A stretch of 63,803 bases of DNA, counting the filler, from Octopus bimaculoides (taxonomy: Eukaryota), in the NCBI RefSeq assembly GCF_001194135.2. It is 7 parts of 7 records of this genome, joined end to end, with 100 filler letters (N's around TTAATTAATTAA, not from the genome) between each part and the next. Parts side by side here need not be neighbours in the genome. Positions count along the whole stretch, not along the records: positions 1 to 17,964 come from NC_068995.1; 6 more parts are not named here. One strand, 5' to 3'. Numbering within the stretch: the stretch's first letter is position 1; every line of letters begins with the position of its first letter. This document shows positions 1 to 14,593 of the stretch, piece by piece. The translations under genes and the position numbers were made by a program. The notes below the pieces were generated by a model, which ran no database searches, was not told where the DNA came from, and saw only the letters and a list, made by a program, of their open reading frames with translations.

Positions 1-20
1 TATTGTGTCGTTAGATTCTG

Positions 21-22
21 TG

Positions 23-55
<33 letters not shown>

Positions 56-65
56 TTGTGTGTGT

Positions 66-98
<33 letters not shown>
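21..98. repeat. (TA)n/(TG)n microsatellite
   Basis: Directly visible. Confidence 0.98.
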
Positions 99-102
<4 letters not shown>

Positions 103-1616
103 AGTGTATGTGTGGGTATCGATGTATATGTATGCATGTATTTATCATATTCTGACATGATACCAGTTGTTTGCCTCTGTGTATTTTCTTTTGTACACGT
201 ATCTGTTCAACTAAAACACTTCCTATAGTCAATATGTAATAGGTGTCTATACCATCCATGCTTTTTCGTTTGCAGTTTAAACTGGAATTTAGGTATCCAG
301 ACATCATGTGCACTAAATTGTATATAGCTAGGCCTTACGTCATCAAGTATAACTTTAACTGATTGTTATACATACACACAAACGTAAACACACACACACA
401 CACACACACAGACTGTCATATACTGGTGATTATATGAGTATGAAATATGTACATATACACACATACAGAGAACATCCTTGCGTACATTTTGTAATTAATG
501 ACCAGCGTTTATGTTTTAGTTCGTATTCATCAAACATTCTCTGTTGCGGTGTGAATTAACAAAGTAGAAAAGAGAGAAAAAAAGGGAAAGCAGAACTCGG
601 TAAATTTATGAGAGAGAAGGTCGTTTACTCCAGCGAGGGAAAAAATTATATATGCCTTCCATTCGCCTGGAATTATTGAATGCATACGATAATGAATTCC
701 CTGTAGATCGTACAAAGTATTTATCTATTTATTTAGTGTATATACATTTGAGGAAACACCGTAAGCAGCTCAAATTCATATGTCCTTCTATATGTATACG
801 TATTCATTAACAATCTCACCACCCGCCAGCTAGTTCATGTCGTTAAATGATAGAAAGCTACTTCGTTCGGAAAACCGTCATAAGTAACATTTGTACATAC
901 AATTGATGAATTAGTAATTAATGGACAATAAAGCCACCATAGTATCCATGATGTAACTGCAATAACATTAACAGCGGATTTTAATTTGGTAAGGGGAATT
1001 GTTCAAGCTTAATGGATTATTACCCATCCACATAAAGCAGACCACAAGTATTGGTAATTAGGCAAACTTATTTACTAATTTCCATACAACTTGCCCGAAT
1101 AGAAGTGATGTATATCCTTTATTAAATGCCATTATCACATAATAACTTTTATATATCTTCATTTATATATTCGCTACGTGTGTTCCTTAATCTCTGTCTC
1201 TTTCACTGACTGTTTGTGAGTATATCTGTCTATTTGTATATAGACACACTTGGATACTTGAATACGCAGCTATAAAGTTATATATATATATATATATNNN
1301 NNNNNNNNNNNNNNNNNNNNNNNNNNNNNNNNNNNNNNNNNNNNNNNNNNNNNNNNNNNNNNNNNNNNNNNNNNNNNNNNNNNNNNNNNNNNNNNNNNNN
1401 NNNNNNNNNNNNNNNNNNNNNNNNNNNNNNNNNNNNNNNNNNNNNNNNNNNNNNNNNNNNNNNNNNNNNNNNNNNNNNNNNNNNNNNNNNNNNNNNNNNN
1501 NNNNNNNNNNNNNNNNNNNNNNNNNNNNNNNNNNNNNNNNNNNNNNNNNNNNNNNNNNNNNNNNNNNNNNNNNNNNNNNNNNNNNNNNNNNNNNNNNNNN
1601 NNNNNNNNNNNNNNNN

Positions 1617-1647
<31 letters not shown>

Positions 1648-2307
1648 CACATGTATTCATATGCACCTATTTAATGTATGCATATATACAGACACTCAAA
1701 AACACGCACATACACATATATATGATATCATATATGCACTTGAATGTTAACATGACGGTATTTTGATATATCTATGCATGTTTGGATGTAGTTATGTGGA
1801 TGTTAGTGCTTGCCAGCTATCCTCTGAGTCGAGGGACGCTTCACCAGAATTAATTACTCTGGACCTAAATATGACTATGTGGTACAATGCATCAGGTATT
1901 AACTGACATGTAGCACGGCATTGATCGCTTTGCGCTGTTTCCACTCTTAATTTATGGGGGATATGGTCAAGCGATGGTGTACTGAATGTTCAAACACACT
2001 AGAGGAGATTCGTCTCTTGCACTACAATGCCACACATTTTGAAAATTCATTTCTATATGATGCGTATACCAATTCCTTTTGTTCCTTTTGCATGAACATA
2101 TCTTTAGCAAGCGTGCCTAAAATTGTTAAATAGTTCAATAACTTGAAACAGGTTGTCTGTATAGTCTTTACAATTTCAAGAGTAGAAGTCTGGAAATTGT
2201 AAAGATTGCTTAATTGCTTTCGACACACTGTGTATGTTTTATATAAACATATCATTTTCATATCTACGCATACTTTCACACACCCATAAACACACACGCT
2301 CTCTCTG

Positions 2308-2366
<59 letters not shown>

Positions 2367-2803
2367 NNNNNNNNNNNNNNNNNNNNNNNNNNNNNNNNNN
2401 NNNNNNNNNNNNNNNNNNNNNNNNNNNNNNNNNNNNNNNNNNNNNNNNNNNNNNNNNNNNNNNNNNNNNNNNNNNNNNNNNNNNNNNNNNNNNNNNNNNN
2501 NNNNNNNNNNNNNNNNNNNNNNNNNNNNNNNNNNNNNNNNNNNNNNNNNNNNNNNNNNNNNNNNNNNNNNNNNNNNNNNNNNNNNNNNNNNNNNNNNNNN
2601 NNNNNNNNNNNNNNNNNNNNNNNNNNNNNNNNNNNNNNNNNNNNNNNNNNNNNNNNNNNNNNNNNNNNNNNNNNNNNNNNNNNNNNNNNNNNNNNNNNNN
2701 NNNNNNNNNNNNNNNNNNNNNNNNNNNNNNNNNNNNNNNNNNNNNNNNNNNNNNNNNNNNNNNNNNNNNNNNNNNNNNNNNNNNNNNNNNNNNNNNNNNN
2801 NNN

Positions 2804-2907
2804 GAAGAAGAAGAAGAAGAAGAAGAAGAAGAAGAAGAAGAAGAAGAAGAAGAAGAAGAAGAAGAAGAAGAAGAAGAAGAAGAAGAAGAAGAAGAAGAAG
2901 AAGAAGA
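2804..2907. repeat. (GAA)n microsatellite
   Basis: Directly visible, abutting a gap. Confidence 0.98.
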
Positions 2908-5856
2908 TATATAAAGATATATTGAAATATTTAAAAATCTATATGACATACGCACCGACACATATAAACGCATGTGCATACACAAATATATAACTTGTAT
3001 TTCCTATGGAATACAGTTATACATGCATCCACAAAAATGTAGGCCGATGATATAGCCTATATATCTAACCAGAATGTGGTCATATGCGAGGGAGTACATG
3101 TATCCGAATGCTCGTGGTTTTGTGATTAGTGCAGGTGTACGCTTATGCTTCTCATTCATATTGTATTCTTCATTGAAATTGATTGAGATAGTAAACGTAT
3201 ACACAGATAACTGAACATCAAAACGTACATAAACACGTGTTTACACACACACTCACATATCCCATGTCATGTGTGAGTGTATGCTCTGTAGGCGGTGTGT
3301 GTTCGTGTGTGCTTGTGCGCGCGATGTGTACCTCTGTAGGCCTTCACGAGCTATTTTATAACGTGGTACGGAATGTATTGATTCTGATCAACGTTCAAAC
3401 GTTTGCGGGTGTTTTCTTTTTCTTTTTTTTTTTTGCTTTGTTCTAATGGATACGTTTCATTACTTATTAACAGGTTTAGTTTTTGGTTTTCCTGGCCTCA
3501 GACCGATGTACCAACAGACGAACCACCCACTCAAATAGGGCCTGGATATATGTATGCATATATAAACACACACATAGACGCCCCACACACATTTTCATAC
3601 ATATATTTTTATCTTTTCTAACAAACATATCTTTGATACTCTGAATTGCAGATGTGTTTTATGATGCTTGTTGTTTCCTTCTACATTATATTGGATGAAA
3701 CTTAAATTTTAAGGAATACTTATCGTTTGAGTTACACACACAATGTTGTAGTTTTGTTTCCAATTGAATCTTAGTTTTTCTCTTATTTCTGAAGTACAAT
3801 TCATTTCCAGAAGAAATAAAGATGACGAAAACAAATTGACTCTTTCATAGATAATATATTTTTTGTCTATTTTCTTTGCCAACCTTTGCGTCGTTGTTAT
3901 TGTTATGTTGCGATTCAATTTCTCACAAAATCTATGCCAATCTCTGAAAAGAAATTGGATTTTACGCTGCTTTTTGGATTATTTATTTTCTCTAAGCTTC
4001 TAACGTAATATATGTGTGCGAAACTTACATTAATGTTCTCAACCAATCAATGTTCTCTGATGAAAGAAGCCAGTCATCTTGGCACCCAATGATGAGGTGT
4101 CATCTCTTAGAGGAAACTACGGGAGTTTTAAGTTCATGAAAATTAGATGAAAATAGATGTGTAGCCTTACGATTTAAAAATATATGGGATAAATGTGAAA
4201 TAGAAGAACACAGTTCATTTGTAAGAGGAATGGAACGAATCTATAATTTAATCTTTTTCTCCCATGTTTCTTAATTGCGTATTAATGAAATATACTTCAT
4301 AATTTTTTGATGACCTTTCTCATGCAAACAATAAACGAATTACGTTTCCTTCATTAGAACTTGTCCTTAAATATTCTAATCTTATTGTTCTTATTGTTTG
4401 TATGAAAACCGAGCTTCATCTCATGCACTTAGAAAGAAAATCATTCCGGTTATGACCAACATGTTTTGTAAAGACCTAATATAGCGAGGAATACTTCCAC
4501 AAAAATTATATCATTTTACAAAAATGAAATAAAACAATCAGGAGTTGAGAGAAATTGACGCTGTATTTCCAACAGATAGTGTGAACAGGTAGGTAAATGG
4601 CTCTAGCGTAGCACTTTGTTCTAAAGTTCAAATAACCATATTTAGAGAACATTACCATATAAAAGGAGATATCTTTAAAGTTTCAAGTGCCTTTTCCTGA
4701 CTATCGAGTTAAGCCGTGCGCGCGTGACACTTTAGCTTCACTATATATTCTCGTTGTTCCAATCCTACACACAGACACACACACACACACACATGCATGC
4801 ACGCACGTATGTGTATATTTACGTACACATGGTATGTATGATCATATATATACATGTATGTACCAATTTTTACGTGTTTAGCTAGAGTATGTGTGTGATT
4901 TTGTATAGCCTAAAAAGAAGAGATCGAGAGAATCTCTATATAGAAAATACTTAGTAGCGCTGAAAAGATTTGAACTTACACACTGAAAGCTTCAACCAGG
5001 AACCAAACTAACCCTTTATAGTCACTTTTATTTTCACACACACACAAACACACACACGCACACAAACACACACACACAAACACGCACACACACACATATA
5101 TATATGTATGTTTAGATATATACTATTCTGAGAGAGATGTTTATGTCCACATATAGTTCATACGCGAAACCCAGCTTTCTTGTGAGGCTTGCAGTAGCTG
5201 TATATTTGACGCTACAACTAAACACAGGCAACAACTTCGATAAACCAGTTGTAGATAATGGTTTGGATTAAAGGATATGGCACGCTGTTCACACCACACC
5301 CTTCTTAAAGTAAGGGTCAGCAGATTTGTTAATACGCTCTGTAAGCAGGAATACCACGGCAAAGATATTTGGTAGCAATAATATCACAGAATGAACTGAG
5401 TTGCAACGATATATCCACAGAGCAACATGGCTCTCTGCAACAATAGATTTAGCAGTGTTTCCAGATTCATTTAGAATGTAGACTCCTGTTTCCGGATACA
5501 TTTAGAATGAGATATGTTATATAAAAATGGACAGTTCTCCATCACAAGTAATAATTATAATAACGAATCAGATAATATTTGAACCTTCATGAAACCGCTT
5601 ATATGAACCGGAAAACTGATTTTCGTTCTAAGGCGCAAACATACGCAGACACGTGTATACATACATTTGAAGAAGTCAGAGAAGCAATTCATGAAAGAAA
5701 GCATTCGTAGCTTTCCAGTAAATTTGTCGTTACTAAATGATTACATAAATATACAATGGACAAGACGAGATCACCCCCTCCCCGACACACATACACACAC
5801 ATACACACACTCACACACACACACACGCACACGCACACACACTATAATATAGATAG

Positions 5857-5908
<52 letters not shown>

Positions 5909-6004
5909 ATGCGTGTGTGCATGCATTTGTTCTTGTCTTATATACACACACATATATGTATATGCATATACATACATATATATACACACCACACACATTC
6001 ACAA

Positions 6005-6042
<38 letters not shown>

Positions 6043-9000
6043 GGAGAGATAGATAGGTAAATAGAGAGGTAGATACTTACATACATATAAGCATACATGA
6101 TGAATAAACTGATATGTTGTAATCGTACATGCCATTTTCTTACAGACATATTAATCTGGAATCTCCATGTTTAACTTGGTTATTGGTTTCATCTATCAAA
6201 TTATTGATCTATATCATAATCGTTTCTTTTACGCTTCTTTTCGATATCTATATAAGAGCTACCTTATAATACGAATCAATGAAGAAACTGCAGCTACGAC
6301 GGTAAATATTATTCTGAAAAAGGAAACCATCTAAAGCACAAGTCTGCTATGTAATTTTCACTGGTCACTAAATTATAAAAAAATTCAACTCTATTATTGT
6401 AAGTGCACGTTTTATTCACTAGTTGTCTATCAGATTTGTTTTCGCCCAAGTAAAATACCACAGTACGAAACATTATTTTGTTGTCTCTACAGAGCGCACA
6501 GTGGATTATACTCTAGCGTAATGGCTACTAAAAGCAGATTTGTGCGACAAAAGATCCATTATAGTTGTTATGCTGCACGCTGCATACATGCTACAAGAAA
6601 TGTCTGAAAACATTTCTCATAATATACCTAACATAACCTAATCATAACCCAAATCTCCAAATATAGATTTCTAAATATCGTGTTGTTGCCGCAAATCATT
6701 AAATGGAATCTAAAAAGACCAGTAAGTATACATAATAGAATTACTAGCATACTCCTGACACTGATATAAATATATCCAAATCTGTTTTTCCACAGTAATA
6801 CAGAATTGTCCAATCAATTATGCTTCAACTTAAATGGCTTCGAAATCAGTATGACCTTAGTCTCAGAAACTAAGACAGAACAACATATGATTTGTCACGA
6901 TTTTTTCCTTTTGTATTACATCTCTTATTAAAAATAAGTTCCATGGTGTATGGAAATTATCCTGCAGAAAATAGAAGGTTATAATTTTAGTAATCCCACG
7001 ATAATAAGTAGACAACTTTTCCAGAAATTCAAATTGCATTATTATTAATGTGCGTCTATGAAAATCATGGCGATTAAGTAGTAAGTCTAAGTGTACGAAG
7101 GAAAATTGAAGACTTACTTATAAGTTTTCAGTCTAGCTGCAAGCAAAATGTTAATACCACTGAACAAAATAATATTATCAATATGCACTGAGAAATTTAG
7201 AACCAAAAAATGCAGTAGTATGTTAACTCTGGTGAAATTTTCTGAATTATTCGTGTACACTTGGCGTCAAATTCGAGATATCGTGCGCTTTTATTCGGTG
7301 ATAAATTGATTATTACAAGTTTTATGTCCTCTTTTCTACGCTAACGGCGATATTTAGGTTCGTTTTCTTGCTTAGGTCAGCAGAAAAATATGAGATGTCT
7401 TCGGGTATGTATGACGGATAGATACCTGTACTTTGAGTTTTCATTACAGTTATGGGTTATATAATGTGTATAAATTTATAAGAAGACTGATTACAGTTAC
7501 AGGGCAATGATAATTAAGCATTTGTATAACACTTTGCTCGAAACTCAAAGGTAACTTGTACGTTTTTGAAGACCCGTCATCTATAAAAGTACACCTCGGT
7601 ATGAAAGAATAAAAATCACATTAATATTTGCTAGTAATTTACATCACACCATCATTAAATGCTAAAACTTCTATTGCTCATAACTTTAAATGTTACTTTT
7701 TGAGACTCAACTTGAAATAATTTTGTTCATATTGGTATAATTACAAGAACAGAACACAACTAATAAAAACTAAAAACTGAAAAAATGGTGTTTTATCAAG
7801 GAATGCCGCTGAAACCCTATTTTAATGATTTAACTAAAGTATTTGCAATGAATTAAAAATACTAAAATAATTTTACAAGATAGCATGTTAAAATTAGCGT
7901 TAGCTGTAAACAATTCATAAAAGATAAGCATACACTGCGAGCAAACCATCCTCCTATATTTAACGCTTCTAACACATAAAACTGTTTTAATACAGCAAAT
8001 TTCCCAGGAAACAATTAATCATTTTCAAACCCCCATATTATATTTTGTAAAATTATTTATTACTTATGATGCAATACCCTAATGTTATAATAGTTTTGCC
8101 AAAAATATATTTAAGAGAAAATTTAATTATCATGCACATTCTAACAGAAAACATCGCAGTAGATATGATTTTTTAAATATATAAGGGATTTGAGAAATAA
8201 CAATGTTACCTGTTATATAATTACTTAGAATAAATCAGAAGAGCCCAAATAAAATTACCTGGATGACATTATAAGCAAAGTAATGGTAGATGTTACCTGT
8301 TACGGAAAATTGATATTCCTTTTATTGAAGCTCCATTGTTCTGGTTTTGAAAACAATGGCAGTCTACCATATATATATATATACGCTCAAGCATGTATAA
8401 ATGCACCTCACTTTAGTGCATATATATATATACTCCGTGTCGTCTCAAATAATGCTGACGCTTTCATTTGAGAAAATCTACTTTATAGCAATCTGTATGA
8501 GTATTGATTTTCATTCGGATGTTGACAATTCTTTCATTCATAACTTTAGTGTAAACATTACTATCCCCATCAGTTCCTTTCATTCCCATCAATTAGCATG
8601 TAAAGAATTTAGAAACTGGGATTTTGATGTTTCAGCAGGTGATCTCCCGAAAGCCTTTTATCAATTGAAAGAAAAGTTGGTAAATAATAAGCGACAGCTT
8701 TTAACATATTTCTGGAAGTTTATGTTCTTTGTAAATGGAACTGTGTGTGAAATATTGAACTATTAATGAATCATCTAACATGAAATGTATACAATAAAAT
8801 TGCCCTACAGGAAGATCGTAAAGATAATTATATTGAAGCTGTTAGATATATTTTTCATCTGTACATCGCATTCAAAGTTATATTTGGTGTTGGAGATTAT
8901 ATGTTAGAAATTGCATATGCTTGAATGCTGGTTAGGTATCCTACAAAATGGTATTGCCCTTGTATTATTTATGTCAATTGAAAAGTATACATATTTTCAA

Positions 9001-9744
9001 AAATGAATAGGATTGTGTATCGGACTATCAAGTTACAAACAGTGTGGAATATATACGAGATATTGTGTGTAATATTTGAAACAAATGAAATGTCTGTCAT
9101 TGGGAACCGTTTTGCTTTTTTATCATATTATGAATTATATTTTACTATAAAGGAGTATGAAGTTTGAAAATGAATTAAATGTTTTCTAGAAAGTTTGTAA
9201 GAAACAAATTCAAATTAAAATGTATGCATGAATATTAGCATTACACATTAAGTTTCAGTAAATTTTTCTAATTCTCTACTAATCTACAAATTTGGACCGA
9301 TATCTGCTTTCAAGGACTGCATTGTAGCCTTGTTCTTCGGAACTTCAGCATCTTACATCGATATTTGAAGGTCTTCGATCACTGTTACATATATATATAT
9401 ATATATATATANNNNNNNNNNNNNNNNNNNNNNNNNNNNNNNNNNNNNNNNNNNNNNNNNNNNNNNNNNNNNNNNNNNNNNNNNNNNNNNNNNNNNNNNN
9501 NNNNNNNNNNNNNNNNNNNNNNNNNNNNNNNNNNNNNNNNNNNNNNNNNNNNNNNNNNNNNNNNNNNNNNNNNNNNNNNNNNNNNNNNNNNNNNNNNNNN
9601 NNNNNNNNNNNNNNNNNNNNNNNNNNNNNNNNNNNNNNNNNNNNNNNNNNNNNNNNNNNNNNNNNNNNNNNNNNNNNNNNNNNNNNNNNNNNNNNNNNNN
9701 NNNNNNNNNNNNNNNNNNNNNNNNNNNNNNNNNNNNNNNNNNNN

Positions 9745-9790
<46 letters not shown>

Positions 9791-10535
9791 TATACATATA
9801 TTTCTGTGTGTGAGTGAGAGAGAGAGTGTGTGTACGTGTGTATGTATGTTTGTACATATACATGTATGTGTGTGTTTGCATGCTTGCATGAATATGCGTG
9901 TGAGTGTGTGAGTGTGTATCTGTGGGTGTCTGTGTGTATGCACACGCTAACACACACTTTCAAATATGCTACATTCACTCCAAGATTATATAATATTTGG
10001 AAGTGATATGATATCTGAAACATACGATATATGATGTCAAAATTGTAAACAATTATTGCAAGTGGAAACGGCAGGTTTTCTGAAATATTCAGATAACTGT
10101 TTTGATATGAGACTAAAAGAACTCAGAAATATTAATAATTAAATTCCAAATATAAAATAAAATCTCATTTTATTTTGGTATTCTATGAATGAATATTCTA
10201 CATTAAAGTTGAAATGATATTGATTTTTTGAAATATATCATTGCATATCCTGATGCGTAGATATATAAATATTTTGAAGCAAGCATGGTTTTAGATAGAA
10301 AACAATATTGAAATTCCAGCTTCCTTTGTTCAATAAATCTGCCTCTGAGATACAGTATACAAAGACATCTTTTGATTGGGAAACATTTAACATTCAATTC
10401 ATACTTACATGTATGTATACATACATAGGTATATGTATTTGCATATGTGTCTAAGTATGTAATATACATATCCATAAATAATATATATTCAAATTATGTA
10501 TAGTATTCAAATACATTTTTATGTGTGTGTGAGTG

Positions 10536-10574
<39 letters not shown>

Positions 10575-11165
10575 NNNNNNNNNNNNNNNNNNNNNNNNNN
10601 NNNNNNNNNNNNNNNNNNNNNNNNNNNNNNNNNNNNNNNNNNNNNNNNNNNNNNNNNNNNNNNNNNNNNNNNNNNNNNNNNNNNNNNNNNNNNNNNNNNN
10701 NNNNNNNNNNNNNNNNNNNNNNNNNNNNNNNNNNNNNNNNNNNNNNNNNNNNNNNNNNNNNNNNNNNNNNNNNNNNNNNNNNNNNNNNNNNNNNNNNNNN
10801 NNNNNNNNNNNNNNNNNNNNNNNNNNNNNNNNNNNNNNNNNNNNNNNNNNNNNNNNNNNNNNNNNNNNNNNNNNNNNNNNNNNNNNNNNNNNNNNNNNNN
10901 NNNNNNNNNNNNNNNNNNNNNNNNNNNNNNNNNNNNNNNNNNNNNNNNNNNNNNNNNNNNNNNNNNNNNNNNNNNNNNNNNNNNNNNNNNNNNNNNNNNN
11001 NNNNNNNNNNNNNNNNNNNNNNNNNNNNNNNNNNNNNNNNNNNNNNNNNNNNNNNNNNNNNNNNNNNNNNNNNNNNNNNNNNNNNNNNNNNNNNNNNNNN
11101 NNNNNNNNNNNNNNNNNNNNNNNNNNNNNNTAATATGTGACAATTATTCAGTTGCTATAATAAAA

Positions 11166-11214
11166 CTCCGAGTTTCGGACGTCGGGGTGGAAACCTGCTC
11201 CGGTATTTCGTCAG
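11166..11214 (-). ncRNA. Hammerhead-like motif with long stem II (degenerate copy)
   Basis: Minus strand CTGACGA-AATACCGGAGCAGGTTTCCACCCCGACGTCC-GAAAC-TC-GGAG. It aligns without gaps to the plus-strand copy at 25937-25978. Confidence 0.45.
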
Positions 11215-11263
11215 TTATCAAGGCAATCAAAATATAGCATATTTTGATTGCCTCGATAACTGA
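11211..11263. repeat. Hairpin with 25-bp arms and a 3-nt loop
   Basis: TCAGTTATCAAGGCAATCAAAATAT-AGC-ATATTTTGATTGCCTCGATAACTGA, one mismatch. It overlaps the start of the hammerhead-like motif. Confidence 0.9.
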
Positions 11264-11424
11264 TATATATTAAAGAATGGGGATGTGTTTTAACCTGTCA
11301 CGACATATCCTGAAGTGTAGTCTGTCCGTTATACCACAGCACAATTTTGTATGCATAATTATATATACGTATACATACAAACAAACACACACACACACAC
11401 ACGCACACACACACACATACACAC

Positions 11425-11496
<72 letters not shown>

Positions 11497-12116
11497 ACAC
11501 ACATATACAAACGGCATACATACATACTTGCATAACGTATGGATAAGTTTTGCTTGTAATTTAATGTGATTTCAATCGTTCTGAACAAATGCAACAAATA
11601 TTTGGAGAGTAACTCGCGTGTCAAGTTCAAACACACGCGCATCACTATATCATTTTGCGATCAGTTAATAATGTGTAGAATGCTCTAAATAATCCGAGAA
11701 TTCATTATGCATACATACGGTATTCATACAGTGTAGTTGCAAAAAATTGAAATATTGTGAGTAACTATAGTGCTGGTATGTAGTAAAACGAATTTTGTTA
11801 GATATTAGATCATCCGCCTAGTAGCCAAGATGTTGTTTTTTTTTATTGGGGCTATTTCCTTCCATAAGTCTGTATTATCGATAGCAGTCTTGTATAAACA
11901 ATTGAATCAATTTAATATAAGATACCGAATAATTATATCATGCGATGAAGCATTGGACAGCACCCATTTGTACCGCGCTATTTTCAGAAGACAAAGCTAG
12001 CTATTGGCATAAAGGAGTCCACCCTCTTAGCAACATATAGGTTTATGAAAGTTTATATTAATGTTGCAATCTGTTTATTAGGTGTGATTTAGCATATGAG
12101 AAGTATTTCGTTTTTT

Positions 12117-12174
12117 ACGCAGTGGGACTGATCCCAGAACCATGTAGTTGAGAATCCCACCTCTTAGTACGTAG

Positions 12175-12180
<6 letters not shown>
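12117..12180 (-). mobile_element. SINE family A head fragment
   Basis: CGCAGTGGGACTGATCCCAGAACCATGTAG matches the reverse-complemented head. Confidence 0.6.
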
Positions 12181-12219
<39 letters not shown>

Positions 12220-12949
12220 NNNNNNNNNNNNNNNNNNNNNNNNNNNNNNNNNNNNNNNNNNNNNNNNNNNNNNNNNNNNNNNNNNNNNNNNNNNNNNNNN
12301 NNNNNNNNNNNNNNNNNNNNNNNNNNNNNNNNNNNNNNNNNNNNNNNNNNNNNNNNNNNNNNNNNNNNNNNNNNNNNNNNNNNNNNNNNNNNNNNNNNNN
12401 NNNNNNNNNNNNNNNNNNNNNNNNNNNNNNNNNNNNNNNNNNNNNNNNNNNNNNNNNNNNNNNNNNNNNNNNNNNNNNNNNNNNNNNNNNNNNNNNNNNN
12501 NNNNNNNNNNNNNNNNNNNNNNNNNNNNNNNNNNNNNNNNNNNNNNNNNNNNNNNNNNNNNNNNNNNNNNNNNNNNNNNNNNNNNNNNNNNNNNNNNNNN
12601 NNNNNNNNNNNNNNNNNNNNNNNNNNNNNNNNNNNNNNNNNNNNNNNNNNNNNNNNNNNNNNNNNNNNNNNNNNNNNNNNNNNNNNNNNNNNNNNNNNNN
12701 NNNNNNNNNNNNNNNNNNNNNNNNNNNNNNNNNNNNNNNNNNNNNNNNNNNNNNNNNNNNNNNNNNNNNNNNNNNNNNNNNNNNNNNNNNNNNNNNNNNN
12801 NNNNNNNNNNNNNNNNNNNNNNNNNNNNNNNNNNNNNNNNNNNNNNNNNNNNNNNNNNNNNNNNNNNATATATATATATATATATATATAAATATATCTG
12901 CCGCTGTGTATATGTAATCCTATTTAGCTTTTCTTTTTCAATCGGTTAA

Positions 12950-13240
12950 CCCATTACCTCCCATAATTCTATTAACTGGAAATTTTTTTATGAAACTTTG
13001 ATTTCTAGCATAAAACAGCCTTAGAAACACGCTGGAATGATCAAAATAGAATTTCCAAAAAATATTTTAAATAGAAATAAGCGAGATATTGGCTGAAAAA
13101 TTAGTAAATCTCATTTGAATATCAGAGAAATATACCTAGTAGATATAGCAAAAAGGTTAGATATGTGTAAATATTGACAGAAAGTTACGAAATGTGTAAT
13201 TTTTAAGTGATCGCATATGAGATCACTGCTAGGTAATGGG
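12950..13240. mobile_element. piggyBac-type MITE (291 bp)
   Basis: TTAA|CCCATTACCT...AGGTAATGGG|TTAA: a 10-bp TIR starting with CCC and a TTAA TSD on both sides (12946-12949, 13241-13244); no coding capacity. Confidence 0.75.
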
Positions 13241-14366
13241 TTAAACTGAAATTCAGTGTGTGTAGCCTACTTCTCTTCTGGACTTTTCTCCGTTTTATTA
13301 CGACAACCATTACGTTTAGAAGAATCGGTAGAAAACATATTTTTTTTCTGCAACATGTTATATTTACACTGGATGCACCTGAAACAATTTAAATTACATA
13401 TTTAAAGCAATTTTCTTTTACAATGTCGTAAAGATACAGAACTAATACTAAAACTACATCACACACCCGACAAATTACGTATGTTATTTAATTATATCTA
13501 TCTGCGCGCGCNNNNNNNNNNACGTGTGTGTGTGTGTGTGTTTGATATGTTTCTGTGTATGTCTATATGTATCTATGCGCATGTATGTACTATGGTTCTA
13601 TGTATGCATGTAGGTAGGTATATGTATTTATGTATCTATCTATACATGCTTATACATGCACACACACACACACACGCGCGCGCGCACAATGAAAGAGACA
13701 TTGATACATACACACACATAGTCAGAACGATAGAGAGATAAATAAATAGATATGCATAAATATATACATATATGTATCTATACATATATGTAGTAGTAGT
13801 AGTAGTAGTAGTAGTAGCAGCCGAAGCAGCAGCAGCAGCAGCAGAATAAATGTTATGTTTGTATGTGCATACGCATATATACAAGCAAATATATGTGTAT
13901 GCATATATACATACATGCATAAATACATACATACAAACATACATATATTTATGTATATCTATATCGACATCTATCTATCTATCTATCGCTATCTACCCCC
14001 CTCTCTCTCTCTGTATATATATATATATGTATATNNNNNNNNNNNNNNNNNNNNNNNNNNNNNNNNNNNNNNNNNNNNNNNNNNNNNNNNNNNNNNNNNN
14101 NNNNNNNNNNNNNNNNNNNNNNNNNNNNNNNNNNNNNNNNNNNNNNNNNNNNNNNNNNNNNNNNNNNNNNNNNNNNNNNNNNNNNNNNNNNNNNNNNNNN
14201 NNNNNNNNNNNNNNNNNNNNNNNNNNNNNNNNNNNNNNNNNNNNNNNNNNNNNNNNNNNNNNNNNNNNNNNNNNNNNNNNNNNNNNNNNNNNNNNNNNNN
14301 NNNNNNNNNNNNNNNNNNNNNNNNNNNNNNNNNNNNNNNNNNNNNNNNNNNNNNNNNNNNNNNNNN

Positions 14367-14409
<43 letters not shown>

Positions 14410-14470
14410 TGATGATGATAATAAATAACATGAAGAAGAAGAAGAAGAAGAAGAAGAAGAAGAAGAAGAA

Positions 14471-14501
<31 letters not shown>

Positions 14502-14593
14502 AAGAAGAAGAAGAAGAAGGAGAAGAAGAAGAAGAAGAAGAAGAAGAAGAAGAAGAAGAAGAAGAAGAAGAAGAAGAAGAAGAAGAAGAAGAA
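14367..14593. repeat. Compound (AAT)n-(GAT)n-(GAA)n microsatellite
   Basis: Directly visible. Confidence 0.98.

Noticed and set aside
6491-6721. Good acceptor and GTAAGT donor pair
   Set aside because: Stops in all three frames; could be a UTR or non-coding exon, but unsupported without transcript data.
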